A DNA stretch of 64,000 nt from an uncultured Chloroflexia bacterium (GCA_963814375.1 CAWFCQ010000007.1:192001-256000), one strand, 5' to 3'; positions 12,555 to 22,189 are shown, counted from the stretch's first letter. Notes: generated by a model from the sequence alone, not told the origin. Made by a program: numbers and translations.

Positions 12555-15500
12555 GAGCCGTCGGCCGGCACGGCCGCCTCGATCGTCGTCCCCTCGCCCG
12601 CCTCGCTCTCGACGCGCAGCTCCCCGCCGACGAGGTCCACCCGCTGGCGCATGCCGATCAGGCCGAGGTGGCCGCGCGGCACGTCCTCCGGCTCGAATCC
12701 CGCGCCATCGTCGATCACCGAGAGGAGCACGCGGTCGCCGTCGCGCCAGATCTTGATCGTCGCGTTCGACGCGTTGGCGTGCTTGACCACGTTGTGGAGC
12801 GCCTCCTGGCCGATGCGGTACAGGGCCTCCTCGGCCGCGAGCGGCAGCCGGTCGATCGGCTCGGCGTCGATCACGATCACCAGGCCCGTTCGGCGCTGGA
12901 CCGCGGTGGCGTGGGTGCGCAGCGCCTGGACCAGGCCGTCGGACTCGAGCGAGGACGGCCGCAGCTCGAAGATGAGCGTGCGCATCTCCGCCAGCGCGTC
13001 CTTCTGGAGCTCCCGCAGCTCGACCAGCTTCCCCCGGGCGGCCTCGTCGTCGGTGCCGAGCAGGAGCTCGAGCGTGCGCAGCGTGAGCCCCATGCTGAAC
13101 AGCGCCTGGGTGACGGAGTCGTGGAGCTCGCGTGCCAGGTGCGCGCGCTCCTGGCTGGCGGCCAGCTCGGCCGCCTGGCTGCGGAGGTCGCCCTCGAGTC
13201 GCTCGCGTTCGCTGATATCGCGGACCGAGCCGTGCGCGCCGGCGAATCGACCGTCGGCAACGGTCCCGGTCATCGCCACCTCGGTCTGGGCAACGCGACC
13301 GTCGGGAAGCGGCAGGTCGAGACGGACGCGCTGCTCGCGGTTGGGATTGGTCTGCAGGGCTTCCCACGCCTCCGCCGCCGCAGCCAGCGTCGACTCGCCG
13401 GCGAGGGCGGTAAACGGCTGTCCCAGCAGCTGCTGAGGCCGCCAGCCGGTGCGCGACTCGAGGGAATCGGAGAAGAAGGTGAAGCGGCCATCGGCGTCGA
13501 CGCTCCACACGATGTCCGGCGAGTTGTCGACGAGATGCCGGTATCGGCGCTCGGACTCCTCGACCTCGGCGTAGAGGCGGGCGTTGGTGAGCGCGATGGC
13601 CGCCTGGTCGGCGAGGAGGCTGAGCAGCTCGGCGTCATCGGCGCCGAACGCGTTCGGCTCCTGTGCCTGGATCGTGATCGTACCGATGAGCCGGTCGGGC
13701 CCGAGCAGTGGCGCCGACATCATCGAATGGATCTCCTGCGCCTCGATGCGCGCGTCGCCCTCGTCGTGCGGGAACCCCTCGTCCGACAGGTAGTCGCCGG
13801 TCCAGCGCACGCGGCGCTCGGCGGCTGCCATGCCGGCGATGCCGGACCCGATCGGGACGGTCACGTCATCGGGCGAGGGTGGGATCGGGGCCGCGGCGAT
13901 CGGACGATCGAGCCGCTGGGAGTCGTCCGCAAGCAGGTTGACCTGGGCACGGTCGGCGCGCAGGAGGCGAGCGGCGTCGGCGACGGCGCGCTGGATGACC
14001 GTCATCGGATCGTGGAGCCCGGCGATCTGGGCGGCGATCTCGGCGAGCGACCGCTGCGCGTCCACGCGCCCGCGCAGCTGCTCGACGAGGCGAGCGTTGG
14101 TGATCGCCACCGCGGCCTGGGTGGCGAACAGCTGCACCAGCTCGAAGTCCGCCTCGCTGAATGCGACCTCGGTGCCACCCGAGCGGCTGATGTTCATGGC
14201 CCCGACCACGTCGTCGCCGGAGATGAGCGGCACGACGATGATGGCCTCCTCCTCGACCGGCGTGTTCGGGATCTGGAGGAGCCGTGGATCGCCGAGGGCC
14301 TGGTCGAGCATGGCCGGCTCGCGGTGCTCGATCGTCCACCACGCCAGTCCGCTGCCGCGCGGCACCGGGAAGCCGAGCACGGCGTCGGCATTCCGATCGC
14401 GGGCGAGGATCGGCTGGAGGAACTGTTCGGAGTCGTCCATCCGGTAGATGCTGAGGTTGTCGTACCACACGACGCTCTTGAGACCGTCGGCGATGAGCTC
14501 CAGCACGCTCGCCGGCTCGAGGGTCGACAGCAGCCGGCGGTTGATCTGGAGGAGGCGGCGCTGGGAGTCGGTCTGGCGCTCCAGCGCCGCGGACTCCTCT
14601 CCCAGCTGCTCGTAGAGGCGCGCGTTGGTGACGGCGATGGCGGCCTGGCTGGCGAGCACCTCGAGCAGCTCCGCGTCCGAAGGATCGAACGCGTCGCGCG
14701 CCTGCGAGTGGACGGTCAGCGAGCCGATGGCACCCTCGTCGCCGATGATCGGCGCGCTCATCACCGAGCGTATGCCGTGCTGACGGATGTACCGGTCCGG
14801 AGCCTCGGCGTGGATGAAGCCCTCATCGGTGAGGTAGTCGCCGGTCCGCACCACGCGGCGCTCGTGCACGGCTCGGCCCGAGACGCCCTCGTCGGCGGCG
14901 AGCACCGCCTCGCCGGCGCCCCGCTCGATGGGCAGATCGATGGCCGAATGGCCGAAGGCCCAGGTCAGCCCACCCTCCTCCTCGGAGACGAGCTCGATCC
15001 GGCCGCCGTCCGCGTCAAGCAGGCGCACCGCCTCGTCGAGCGTGCGCTGAAGGACGTCTCCGGGGTCGCGGATGGCGGTGATCCTGGCGGCGATCTCGCC
15101 CAGCGAGCGCTGCGCCTCGACCCGGCGCTCGAGCTCCTCGTACAGCCGGGCGTTGCCGAGCACGATCGCCGCCTGGCTGGCGAGAGCGCCGATGAGCTGC
15201 GAGTCGTCTTCGTCGAACGCGTCGCCACGCGACGAGTAGGCGCTGATCGCCCCGAGCGGGCCCTCCTCTCCGATGAGGGGAGCGCTCATCTGCGAGCGGT
15301 AGCCGAAACGGGTGATCCACTCGTCGGCCTTGGTCGTGTGCGGGAAGGAGGTATCGGCGAGGTAGTCGCCGGTCCAGGCCACCGTCTGCTCCGAGATGGC
15401 GCGGCCTGCGATGCCCTGGCCGATGCTGACGGTCACGTCGTCGGCGGGCGGCGTGTCGGGACCGACGTTGAAGTGCTCGCGATAGTCGGCCAGCTCCAGG

Positions 15501-17680
15501 GTCCCAGGTCGCACCTGGTGGATGATCACGTGATCGGCGTGAAGCAGTCGCTTCGCCTCGTCGATGGTGCGGGACAGCACCGCCGAAGGGTCGCGCAGCG
15601 AGGTGATCGCCGCGGCGATCTCACCCAGCGAGCGCTGTGCCTCCACCTGGTGCGCCAGCTGATCGGCGGTGACCTCGGCCTCGGCGTTGAGGCGGGCGTT
15701 GGTGAGCACGATGGAGGCCTGGTCAGCGAGGAGGCGGAGAAGCTCGCCGTCGTCGGCGTCGAAGGCGCCCGGACGCTTGGCGTAGACCCCGATGGCGCCG
15801 ATCGGCTCGCCCTCGGCGAGCAGCGGCGCCGCGATGACGGCACGGATCCCGAGACGCCTCACCTCGTCGTCCGACGGCGCATCGTGCGTGAAGGTCGTGT
15901 CGGCCAGGTAGTCGTCGGTCCACGCCGCGGCGCGTTCGCGGACCGCGCGGCCGGAGACGCCGTTGTCGACCTGGCTGTGGTCCTCCTTCCTGAACGCGAC
16001 GCGGTGCCCCCCAACCAGCGAGTGTCCGTCGCCCCAGCGCACGACGCCCTCGTCGTCGGTCATGACCATGCCGATCTGACCGCCATCGCCCTTCAGGAGC
16101 CGGGCAGCGGCGCGGAGGGTGTGGGTCAGAACCTCCGAGGGGTCGCGCAACGATGTGAGCTGCGCCGCCATCTCGGCCAGAGTGCGCTGCGCCTCGACCC
16201 GATCGGCGAGCTCGGCGGCCTGGGCGCGCAGGTCCTCCTCCAGCCGGGCGATCTCGGTGATGTCACGGTTGGTGCCGTGGGCGCCGACCATGCGGCCCTC
16301 GGAGTCCACGATGCCGGTGCCGCGGATCTCGACCGGCAGCAAGCTGCCGTCCTTGCGCGGCTCCAGGATGCGGAGCCGATAGACCATCTCGGGATGCTCC
16401 TGGAGGCCGGCGAAGGCGGCCTCGACGACCGGCATCGACTCGGGCGCGGTCGCCATCGAGACATGCTCCCCGATGAGCTCGCTCGGCCGGAACCCCGTCA
16501 GCCGCTCGACGCTGTCGCTGATGTAGGTGAACCGCGCCTCCGCGTCGACGGACCACATGATGTCGACCGACTCGTCGACGAGGAAGCGATAGCGCTCGCG
16601 TGAGCGCTTCAGCTCCTCCGTCAGGCGGGCGTTGCCGATCGCGATCGCGCCCTGGTCGGCAAGCCCCTGGAGGAGCGCCAGCTCGTCCTCACCGAACCGA
16701 TGCGGCCGCTCGAAGGAGACCGCCAGGGTGCCCATCACCTCGCCCTCCGCCGCACGCAGCGGCGCCGCCGCCATGCCACGCAGCTCGAGACGCTCGGCCA
16801 CCGACTGGTCGGCCGGCTCGTGCGGAATGCGCGGATCGACGAGGTAGTCCTCGGTGGCGATCACGGTGTTGCCTCCCGCCGCGAGGCCATTGATACCCTC
16901 GTTCAGCGGGAATTCGAGCTGCGCCAGCCAGTCCTCGGTCCAGGCCTCGTTGCCGCCGACGACCACGGTCGGCCTCAGGAACCTGCGCCCCGGAACGACC
17001 AGCGTGAGGTGCGCACCGTCCGACCCGATCAGCCGCCTGGCGGCGTCGACGACCGATCGCAGCACCTCGTCCGGGTCGCGGATCACCGCTATCCGGGCGG
17101 CGATCTCGCCCAGCGTGCGCTGCGCGTCGACGCGCTTGGCCAGCTCGGCCTGGGAGCGGGCGAGGCGATCGATGAGGCGCTGGTTGGCGATCGCTCCGGC
17201 GGCATGGTCGGCGAGCGCCTGGAGGAGCGCGAGCTCCGCCTCGTTGAAGTCATCGATCGTGGACGAGTACGCCCCGAGCGCGCCGAGCACCTCGCCCTCG
17301 GCGATCAGGGGCGCCGCGGCCATCGACCGCATGTTGGCGATGAGGACGATGCGGTCTGCGACCGCTGAATGGTCGAAGCGCTTGTCGCGCCGATAGTCGC
17401 CCGAAACCACGAGCTCGCCGGTCTCTGCCGCGTGGCCGAAGAGGCCGACGCCGATCGGCAGCACGAGGTCGCGGATGAGCTGCTGCGCCTCGGGATTGCG
17501 GATACCGGCGTCCACGGCGAAGCGCATCTGGCCGTCGTCGACGAGATAGACCATGGCGCCGTCCGCCTTCAGGAGGCGGGCCGCCTCCTCCACCGCATGC
17601 TCGAGCAGCGCCCGGGTCTCCGCCAAGTCGGAGCTGGGGAGCGACGATATCGGCTCGGATCGGGTGGGTGCGCGGGTCAT
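12545..17680 (-). CDS. Soluble multi-sensor histidine kinase: 7 GAF, 2 PAS, HisKA_3, HATPase
   Basis: Repeated GAF ends (APL..GxxxG.L...F...D.ELL..LA.QAA.A..NARL), two PAS starts (RYR.LVD.S.DI.WSVDA), H-box ARELHDSVTQALF, QEALHNVVKHA, DDGAGF, GHLGLIGMRQR. Confidence 0.93.
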   Translation of the reverse strand: MTRAPTRSEPISSLPSSDLAETRALLEHAVEEAARLLKADGAMVYLVDDGQMRFAVDAGIRNPEAQQLIRDLVLPIGVGLFGHAAETGELVVSGDYRRDKRFDHSAVADRIVLIANMRSMAAAPLIAEGEVLGALGAYSSTIDDFNEAELALLQALADHAAGAIANQRLIDRLARSQAELAKRVDAQRTLGEIAARIAVIRDPDEVLRSVVDAARRLIGSDGAHLTLVVPGRRFLRPTVVVGGNEAWTEDWLAQLEFPLNEGINGLAAGGNTVIATEDYLVDPRIPHEPADQSVAERLELRGMAAAPLRAAEGEVMGTLAVSFERPHRFGEDELALLQGLADQGAIAIGNARLTEELKRSRERYRFLVDESVDIMWSVDAEARFTYISDSVERLTGFRPSELIGEHVSMATAPESMPVVEAAFAGLQEHPEMVYRLRILEPRKDGSLLPVEIRGTGIVDSEGRMVGAHGTNRDITEIARLEEDLRAQAAELADRVEAQRTLAEMAAQLTSLRDPSEVLTHTLRAAARLLKGDGGQIGMVMTDDEGVVRWGDGHSLVGGHRVAFRKEDHSQVDNGVSGRAVRERAAAWTDDYLADTTFTHDAPSDDEVRRLGIRAVIAAPLLAEGEPIGAIGVYAKRPGAFDADDGELLRLLADQASIVLTNARLNAEAEVTADQLAHQVEAQRSLGEIAAAITSLRDPSAVLSRTIDEAKRLLHADHVIIHQVRPGTLELADYREHFNVGPDTPPADDVTVSIGQGIAGRAISEQTVAWTGDYLADTSFPHTTKADEWITRFGYRSQMSAPLIGEEGPLGAISAYSSRGDAFDEDDSQLIGALASQAAIVLGNARLYEELERRVEAQRSLGEIAARITAIRDPGDVLQRTLDEAVRLLDADGGRIELVSEEEGGLTWAFGHSAIDLPIERGAGEAVLAADEGVSGRAVHERRVVRTGDYLTDEGFIHAEAPDRYIRQHGIRSVMSAPIIGDEGAIGSLTVHSQARDAFDPSDAELLEVLASQAAIAVTNARLYEQLGEESAALERQTDSQRRLLQINRRLLSTLEPASVLELIADGLKSVVWYDNLSIYRMDDSEQFLQPILARDRNADAVLGFPVPRGSGLAWWTIEHREPAMLDQALGDPRLLQIPNTPVEEEAIIVVPLISGDDVVGAMNISRSGGTEVAFSEADFELVQLFATQAAVAITNARLVEQLRGRVDAQRSLAEIAAQIAGLHDPMTVIQRAVADAARLLRADRAQVNLLADDSQRLDRPIAAAPIPPSPDDVTVPIGSGIAGMAAAERRVRWTGDYLSDEGFPHDEGDARIEAQEIHSMMSAPLLGPDRLIGTITIQAQEPNAFGADDAELLSLLADQAAIALTNARLYAEVEESERRYRHLVDNSPDIVWSVDADGRFTFFSDSLESRTGWRPQQLLGQPFTALAGESTLAAAAEAWEALQTNPNREQRVRLDLPLPDGRVAQTEVAMTGTVADGRFAGAHGSVRDISERERLEGDLRSQAAELAASQERAHLARELHDSVTQALFSMGLTLRTLELLLGTDDEAARGKLVELRELQKDALAEMRTLIFELRPSSLESDGLVQALRTHATAVQRRTGLVIVIDAEPIDRLPLAAEEALYRIGQEALHNVVKHANASNATIKIWRDGDRVLLSVIDDGAGFEPEDVPRGHLGLIGMRQRVDLVGGELRVESEAGEGTTIEAAVPADGSAE

Positions 17681-17720
17681 TGCGGTACGAGAGGATACGC
17701 CATCGGCCCCCGCGGCTGGC

Positions 17721-17735
17721 CTACGTCATTCGGCC
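17721..17735. promoter_or_regulatory. Conserved 15-bp box, copy B
   Basis: CTACGTCATTCGGCC between the divergent kinase and membrane-protein genes, followed by a second inverted repeat ATCCG-N9-CGGAT. Confidence 0.65.
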
Positions 17736-17881
17736 CATCCGGACTCGGCACGGATGCCGGGTATGGCGTCGCGCACCTGCCGGATTCGGCGCGCGTTGCG
17801 CTCCGGCGAGACTGAGGCCATCGAAATGACAGACCGATGCCGATCCACGGCGTCGCCAACGACCTGGAGGTTCACCGCACG

Positions 17882-18313
17882 ATGTCCGCGATCTTCCGCA
17901 GCCGCACCTTCGGCGCCGTCCTGACGGTCGCCATCGTCGGCCTGACCCTCGCCACCGCCTACATCCACCTCAGCCTCGGCGGCATGCTCTTCACGCTCAA
18001 CGGCCTCGGCTACCTCGGCCTCGCCGCCCTGATCGTGATCGGTGCCGCGGCGCCGATGCCGATCGTCGAGCGCTTCAGCTGGTTCCCGCGCGTCGCGCTC
18101 ATGGGCTACGCCGCGCTCACCATCGTCGGCTATCTGGTGATGGGCCCGTACTTCACCCTCGGTTTCATCGCCAAGGGCGTCGAGGTCACGCTGATCGCCC
18201 TGCTGGTGGTCGACATCTTCCGGGTCTACGGCAGCCCGATGGGCCTGGTCCGCACCGCCCTCGACTCGGTCGAGCCGATCATCCCGGATCGGTTCCGCCC
18301 GACCGCCGCCTAA
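17882..18313 (+). CDS. Hypothetical 4-TM membrane protein
   Basis: GGAGG RBS, strong GC3 bias, motif LATAYIHL...FTLNGLGYL...K.VE. Confidence 0.8.
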   Translation: MSAIFRSRTFGAVLTVAIVGLTLATAYIHLSLGGMLFTLNGLGYLGLAALIVIGAAAPMPIVERFSWFPRVALMGYAALTIVGYLVMGPYFTLGFIAKGVEVTLIALLVVDIFRVYGSPMGLVRTALDSVEPIIPDRFRPTAA

Positions 18314-18325
18314 CCTCTCTCCCTC

Positions 18326-18360
18326 ACGCCCCGTCCGGGTCCTCCGGGCGGGGCGTTTTC
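18326..18360 (+). terminator. Rho-independent terminator
   Basis: Stem ACGCCCCGTCCGG / CCGGGCGGGGCGT followed by TTT, between convergent genes. Confidence 0.8.
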
Positions 18361-18379
18361 GTGCCTGCGGGGCGCAGCC

Positions 18380-19612
18380 TCAGACGAGCTTGTGCTCGAC
18401 GGCGTAGAGGGCGGCCTGGGTGCGCGAGGCGAGGCCGAGCTTGCCAAGGATGTTCGAGACGTGGGTGCGGGCCGTGCGCTCGGTGATGCCGAGCTCGTAG
18501 GCGATCTCCTTGTTGGAGGCGCCCTTCGCGAGCTGCGAGAGCACCTCCTTCTCGCGGCCCGTCAGCGGCTCGACCGGCTCCGCCTCCTTGCGCTGCCGCA
18601 TGCGCTGGGCGAGCAGGCGCGAGACGGCCGGATCGAGGTGCACCTCGCCGTTGTAGGCCGCGCGAATGGCCTGGGCGACCTCTTCCGCCTCGGCGTCCTT
18701 GAGCAGATATCCCGACGCGCCGGCCTCGAGTGCCGACGTGACCTTCTCCTCCTCGATGAACGAGGTGACCGCGACGATCTCGATCTCGGGGTGGGCCTGC
18801 TTGATGGCGGCGATGGCCTCCAGGCCGCCCATCTCGGGCATGAGCAGGTCCATCAGGATGACGTCGGGAACGAGCCGGTCGGCCGCGGAGACACCCTCAC
18901 GACCATTCTCCGCCTCGCCCACCACGTCGAAGTCCTTCAGCAGCTCGAGAAAGCCTCGCAGGCCTCGACGGACGACGGCATGGTCGTCCACGAGCAGCAC
19001 CCGGATCGGCCCTTCTTCGTCGGTCACGCTCTGGATTCCCTGCCTCGCATCGGGTTCGTCTGGCGCATCGGCTGATCGCGCGCGGGAAGTATGCACCAGC
19101 GCAAAGACCCGTTCCGGCTCGGGCACGTCACGCAGTCGCTGGGTGCCAAGGTCGCGCAGGATCGTGCTGTCGGGCAGGAAGCCACCGAGCTCCGCAACCG
19201 TGGTGGCCGCGAGGAACGTCTCTCCCCCGTTGGCCAGGCCCTGGAGTCGGGCGGCCCGGAAGAGCGGCCTGCCGTAGTACCGATCGCCGCGAACCTCGAC
19301 GTCGCCGCTGACGATGGCAATGCGGATCCGCATCCGCCCGATGGCACCCCAATCGTGGTCGGCGATCGCGGACTGGAGCGCGTCGGCGGCGGCCACCGCC
19401 GACGGCGCATCGGTGAAGCACGAGTACGCCCCGTCGCCGATCCGCTCGAACAGGATGCCCCCGTGGCGACCTGCCGTCTCCGCCACGAGCTCGTGGTAGC
19501 GCGACAGCGCGGCGCCGGCTTCGGCACCGTGTTCCTCCATGAGGCGCGTGCTGCCCTCGACATCGGCGAACAGGAAGCTGAGGTGCTTCGTCTCGGGGGT
19601 GGGGTGATCCAC
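18380..19612 (-). CDS. Class III nucleotide cyclase-like domain fused to a NarL/LuxR response regulator (REC plus HTH)
   Basis: FLFADVEGST...IGDG...RAARL...LRDVPEPE.VF, then IRVLLVDDHAVVRRGL...DVILMDLLMP, then LTGREKEVL...SNKEIA..HVSNILGKLG. GTG 19612 is preceded by TATCCT plus 6 nt. Confidence 0.9.
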   Translation of the reverse strand: MDHPTPETKHLSFLFADVEGSTRLMEEHGAEAGAALSRYHELVAETAGRHGGILFERIGDGAYSCFTDAPSAVAAADALQSAIADHDWGAIGRMRIRIAIVSGDVEVRGDRYYGRPLFRAARLQGLANGGETFLAATTVAELGGFLPDSTILRDLGTQRLRDVPEPERVFALVHTSRARSADAPDEPDARQGIQSVTDEEGPIRVLLVDDHAVVRRGLRGFLELLKDFDVVGEAENGREGVSAADRLVPDVILMDLLMPEMGGLEAIAAIKQAHPEIEIVAVTSFIEEEKVTSALEAGASGYLLKDAEAEEVAQAIRAAYNGEVHLDPAVSRLLAQRMRQRKEAEPVEPLTGREKEVLSQLAKGASNKEIAYELGITERTARTHVSNILGKLGLASRTQAALYAVEHKLV

Positions 19613-19633
19613 GCGCGAAGGATACCGGCGGCG

Positions 19634-19648
19634 GGCCGAATGACGTAC
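19634..19648. promoter_or_regulatory. Conserved 15-bp box, copy C (GGCCGAATGACGTAC)
   Basis: 14/15 match to copies A and B in the reverse orientation; between the regulator and two small ORFs. Confidence 0.62.
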
Positions 19649-19760
19649 GCGCGCATCGGCGCAAGATCGCGGGCCGATGCGGGACCGCCCGCCGACGCGT
19701 CGAGCACGCAGTGGGTGCACCATCAGAGCATCAGACAACCAACAGAAAGGAGGCAGCACG

Positions 19761-19961
19761 ATGTTCCTGGCATACGGCGCGCTCGCGCTCTCACCCACCG
19801 ACGTCTTCGCGCAGCCTCCGCATCGGCCGAGTCGGTCGGAACGGAGGTCGCAGGGGGACGGCGGAGTGTCCCACCTGGTCCAGTCGTTCCACCGCACGGT
19901 GGCCCAGGCGACTGATGCGTCCCTTTCCTGGCTTCCCCGCATCAGCCGCTACCCGTACTGA
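19761..19961 (+). CDS. Small hypothetical protein (66 aa)
   Basis: Very strong RBS AGAAAGGAGG; MFLAYGALALSPTDVFAQPP...LPRISRYPY. Confidence 0.7.
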   Translation: MFLAYGALALSPTDVFAQPPHRPSRSERRSQGDGGVSHLVQSFHRTVAQATDASLSWLPRISRYPY

Positions 19962-19996
19962 GCCACTCTCGATCATCTGACACGGAGGTCAGACCG

Positions 19997-20176
19997 ATGC
20001 ATCCCCTCGGAGCACTGATGCTCTCGCGCTACATGGAAGACCAGCGCGACGCCGCGCTCGAGCGCCGGCGGCGCAGCCACCAGCAGAAGGAGCCGAGCAC
20101 CCGCGCGGTTCGCGCTGGAGCATGGTCGGCGATCCTCGAGTTCCCTCGATTCAGGGCTGCCGGCTCCAAGAGCTGA
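19997..20176 (+). CDS. Small hypothetical protein (59 aa; below the ORF-track cutoff)
   Basis: CGGAGG RBS; MHPLGALMLSRYMEDQRDAALERRRRSHQQKEPSTRAVRAGAWSAILEFPRFRAAGSKS. Confidence 0.6.
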   Translation: MHPLGALMLSRYMEDQRDAALERRRRSHQQKEPSTRAVRAGAWSAILEFPRFRAAGSKS

Positions 20177-20194
20177 GCGCCTCCCCAGCCGATG

Positions 20195-20218
20195 CGCCCG
20201 GGCCCTCCGGCCCGGGCG
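20195..20218 (+). terminator. GC-rich hairpin, probable terminator of the small-ORF transcript
   Basis: Perfect 10-bp stem CGCCCGGGCC-ctcc-GGCCCGGGCG with only a weak U-tract. Confidence 0.55.
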
Positions 20219-20252
20219 TCGTCGTGCCCGCCCGGCGGGCTATCCTCGCCGG

Positions 20253-21620
20253 GTGACGCGTCCCACCCTCTCCGGCACGCCCGACGCGGTCCCGACGGTC
20301 GAGCTGTCGGAGCTGCTCGACGACGGCAACCTCGAGCTCATCGACCGATGGCTGGCCCAGGCCGACGTCGTCGAGATCGCGGACGAGCTGTCGCGCGTGC
20401 CGCGCGAGCAACGCGCGGTGCCGTTCCGCCTCCTGGCACGCGATCGTGCCCTCGAGGTGTTCGAGGCGCTCGATCCCTCGCTCCAGCAGGAGCTGCTGGA
20501 GGGCCTGCGCGAGCAGAACGTTCGCCAGCTGTTCGAGGAGATGGATCCCGACGACCGGGCACGCCTCACCGAGGAGATGCCGGCGAAGGTGGCGCGCCGC
20601 CTGCTGGCCGGCCTCTCGCCGAACGAGCGGCGCCTCACCGCGACCCTTCTCGGCTACCCGGAGGACTCGGCCGGCAGGCTCATGTCGCCCGAGGTCGCCA
20701 GCCTGCGAGCAGGGATGGCCGCGGGGGAGGCGCTCGACCGGCTGCGCCGCATCGGGCGCTCGGCGGAGACGATCTACGCGCTGCCGGTCACGGACGACTA
20801 CCGGCGCCTGGTCGGCGTGCTCGGTCTGCGCGACCTCGTCCTGGCCGATCCGGCCACACAGGTCGGCGAGCTGATGGACACGGAGGTCTACTCCGCCCGC
20901 GTCGACACCGACCAGGAAGAGGCAGCCCGGCTGATGCGCGAGGCGGACCTGCTGGCCCTGCCGATCGTCGACAGCGAGGACCGCCTGGTCGGCATCGTCA
21001 CGGTCGACGACGCGATGGAGGTCCTCGAGGAGGAGGAGACGGAGGACCTTGCACGCGCCGGCGGCGCGGAGCCGTTGGGTCGTCCGTATCTCGCAACGTC
21101 GATCCTCCAGATCGCCCGCTCGCGCGTCGTCTGGCTGCTCGTGCTCATCGTCGCCGCGACCCTCACCGTCAACGTCCTGAGCGCGTTCGAGACGACGCTG
21201 AACCAGGTCGTCACGCTCGCGCTGTTCATCCCCCTCGTGATCGGCACCGGCGGCAACACCGGCTCGCAGGCGGCGACCACCGTCACCCGCGCGATCGCCG
21301 TCGGTGAGGTGCGGTTCGACGACCTCGGCGTCGTCGTGCTGCGCGAGGCACGCGTCGGGCTGCTGCTCGGCGCCATGCTCGGCGTGCTGGCCTTCGTCCC
21401 TGCCTGGCTCTTCGTGGGCAGTAGCATCGCCATCGTCGTCAGCCTGACGCTGCTCTCGGTCTGCACGCTGGCCGCGCTGGTCGGCTCTCTGCTTCCCCTC
21501 GTTGCGCGCCGTATCGGCGTGGACCCCGCGGTCATGAGCGCTCCGTTCATCACGACCCTCGTCGACGCGACCGGGTTGGTCGTGTACTTCCTCATCGCGC
21601 AGGCGGTGCTGGGGTTGTGA
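20253..21620 (+). CDS. mgtE: Magnesium transporter
   Basis: MgtE N domain, YPEDSAGRLM CBS pair, GIVTVDD, GGNTGSQ, APFITTLVDATG. Confidence 0.95.
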   Translation: MTRPTLSGTPDAVPTVELSELLDDGNLELIDRWLAQADVVEIADELSRVPREQRAVPFRLLARDRALEVFEALDPSLQQELLEGLREQNVRQLFEEMDPDDRARLTEEMPAKVARRLLAGLSPNERRLTATLLGYPEDSAGRLMSPEVASLRAGMAAGEALDRLRRIGRSAETIYALPVTDDYRRLVGVLGLRDLVLADPATQVGELMDTEVYSARVDTDQEEAARLMREADLLALPIVDSEDRLVGIVTVDDAMEVLEEEETEDLARAGGAEPLGRPYLATSILQIARSRVVWLLVLIVAATLTVNVLSAFETTLNQVVTLALFIPLVIGTGGNTGSQAATTVTRAIAVGEVRFDDLGVVVLREARVGLLLGAMLGVLAFVPAWLFVGSSIAIVVSLTLLSVCTLAALVGSLLPLVARRIGVDPAVMSAPFITTLVDATGLVVYFLIAQAVLGL

Positions 21621-22189
21621 GCGAACCCGCCCGCTGCGCGTGGGCGACGAGCGACCCGATCTACATCGCGTACCACGACGAAGAGTGGGGCGTGCCGATC
21701 CATGACCCTCGCGCCCTGTTCGAGCTCCTCTGCCTGGAGGGCGCACAGGCCGGGTTGGCGTGGATCACGATCCTGCGCAAGCGTGACGCCTACCGCTCCG
21801 CCTTCGACGGGTTTGACCCTGAGCTCATCGCCGCCTATACCGATGCCGATCGGGCGCGCCTCCTGGCCGATGCAGGGATCGTGCGCAACCGCTCGAAAGT
21901 GGATGCCTTCATCGGCAACGCGCGAGCATTCCTCGAGATCGACGACTTCGCGCACCTGGCCTGGTCGTTCGTCGACGGCGAGACGATCCGGAATCGCTGG
22001 CGCTCGGTCGAGGAGGTGCCTGCCGCGACGGGCGCCTCGCAGGCAATGTCTCGAGGCCTCAAGGCGGCTGGCTTTCGGTTCGTCGGTCCCACGATCTGCT
22101 ATGCGTTCATGCAGTCGGCCGGGCTCGTCAACGACCACGTGGTCGGATGCTTCCGCCACGCCCAGCTGAGGAAGATTTCTCCCCGCTGA
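21617..22189 (+). CDS. tag: DNA-3-methyladenine glycosylase I
   Basis: RCAWA..YHDEEWGVP, LEGAQAGLAWITILRK, FVGPTICYAFMQSAGLVNDH. Confidence 0.95.
   Translation: MSEPARCAWATSDPIYIAYHDEEWGVPIHDPRALFELLCLEGAQAGLAWITILRKRDAYRSAFDGFDPELIAAYTDADRARLLADAGIVRNRSKVDAFIGNARAFLEIDDFAHLAWSFVDGETIRNRWRSVEEVPAATGASQAMSRGLKAAGFRFVGPTICYAFMQSAGLVNDHVVGCFRHAQLRKISPR

Noticed and set aside
12540-17735. Identical 15-bp direct repeats flanking the kinase gene read as att sites or a target-site duplication
   Set aside because: No integrase or transposase is present, and further copies occur in the opposite orientation at other promoters, so a transcription-factor site is more parsimonious.
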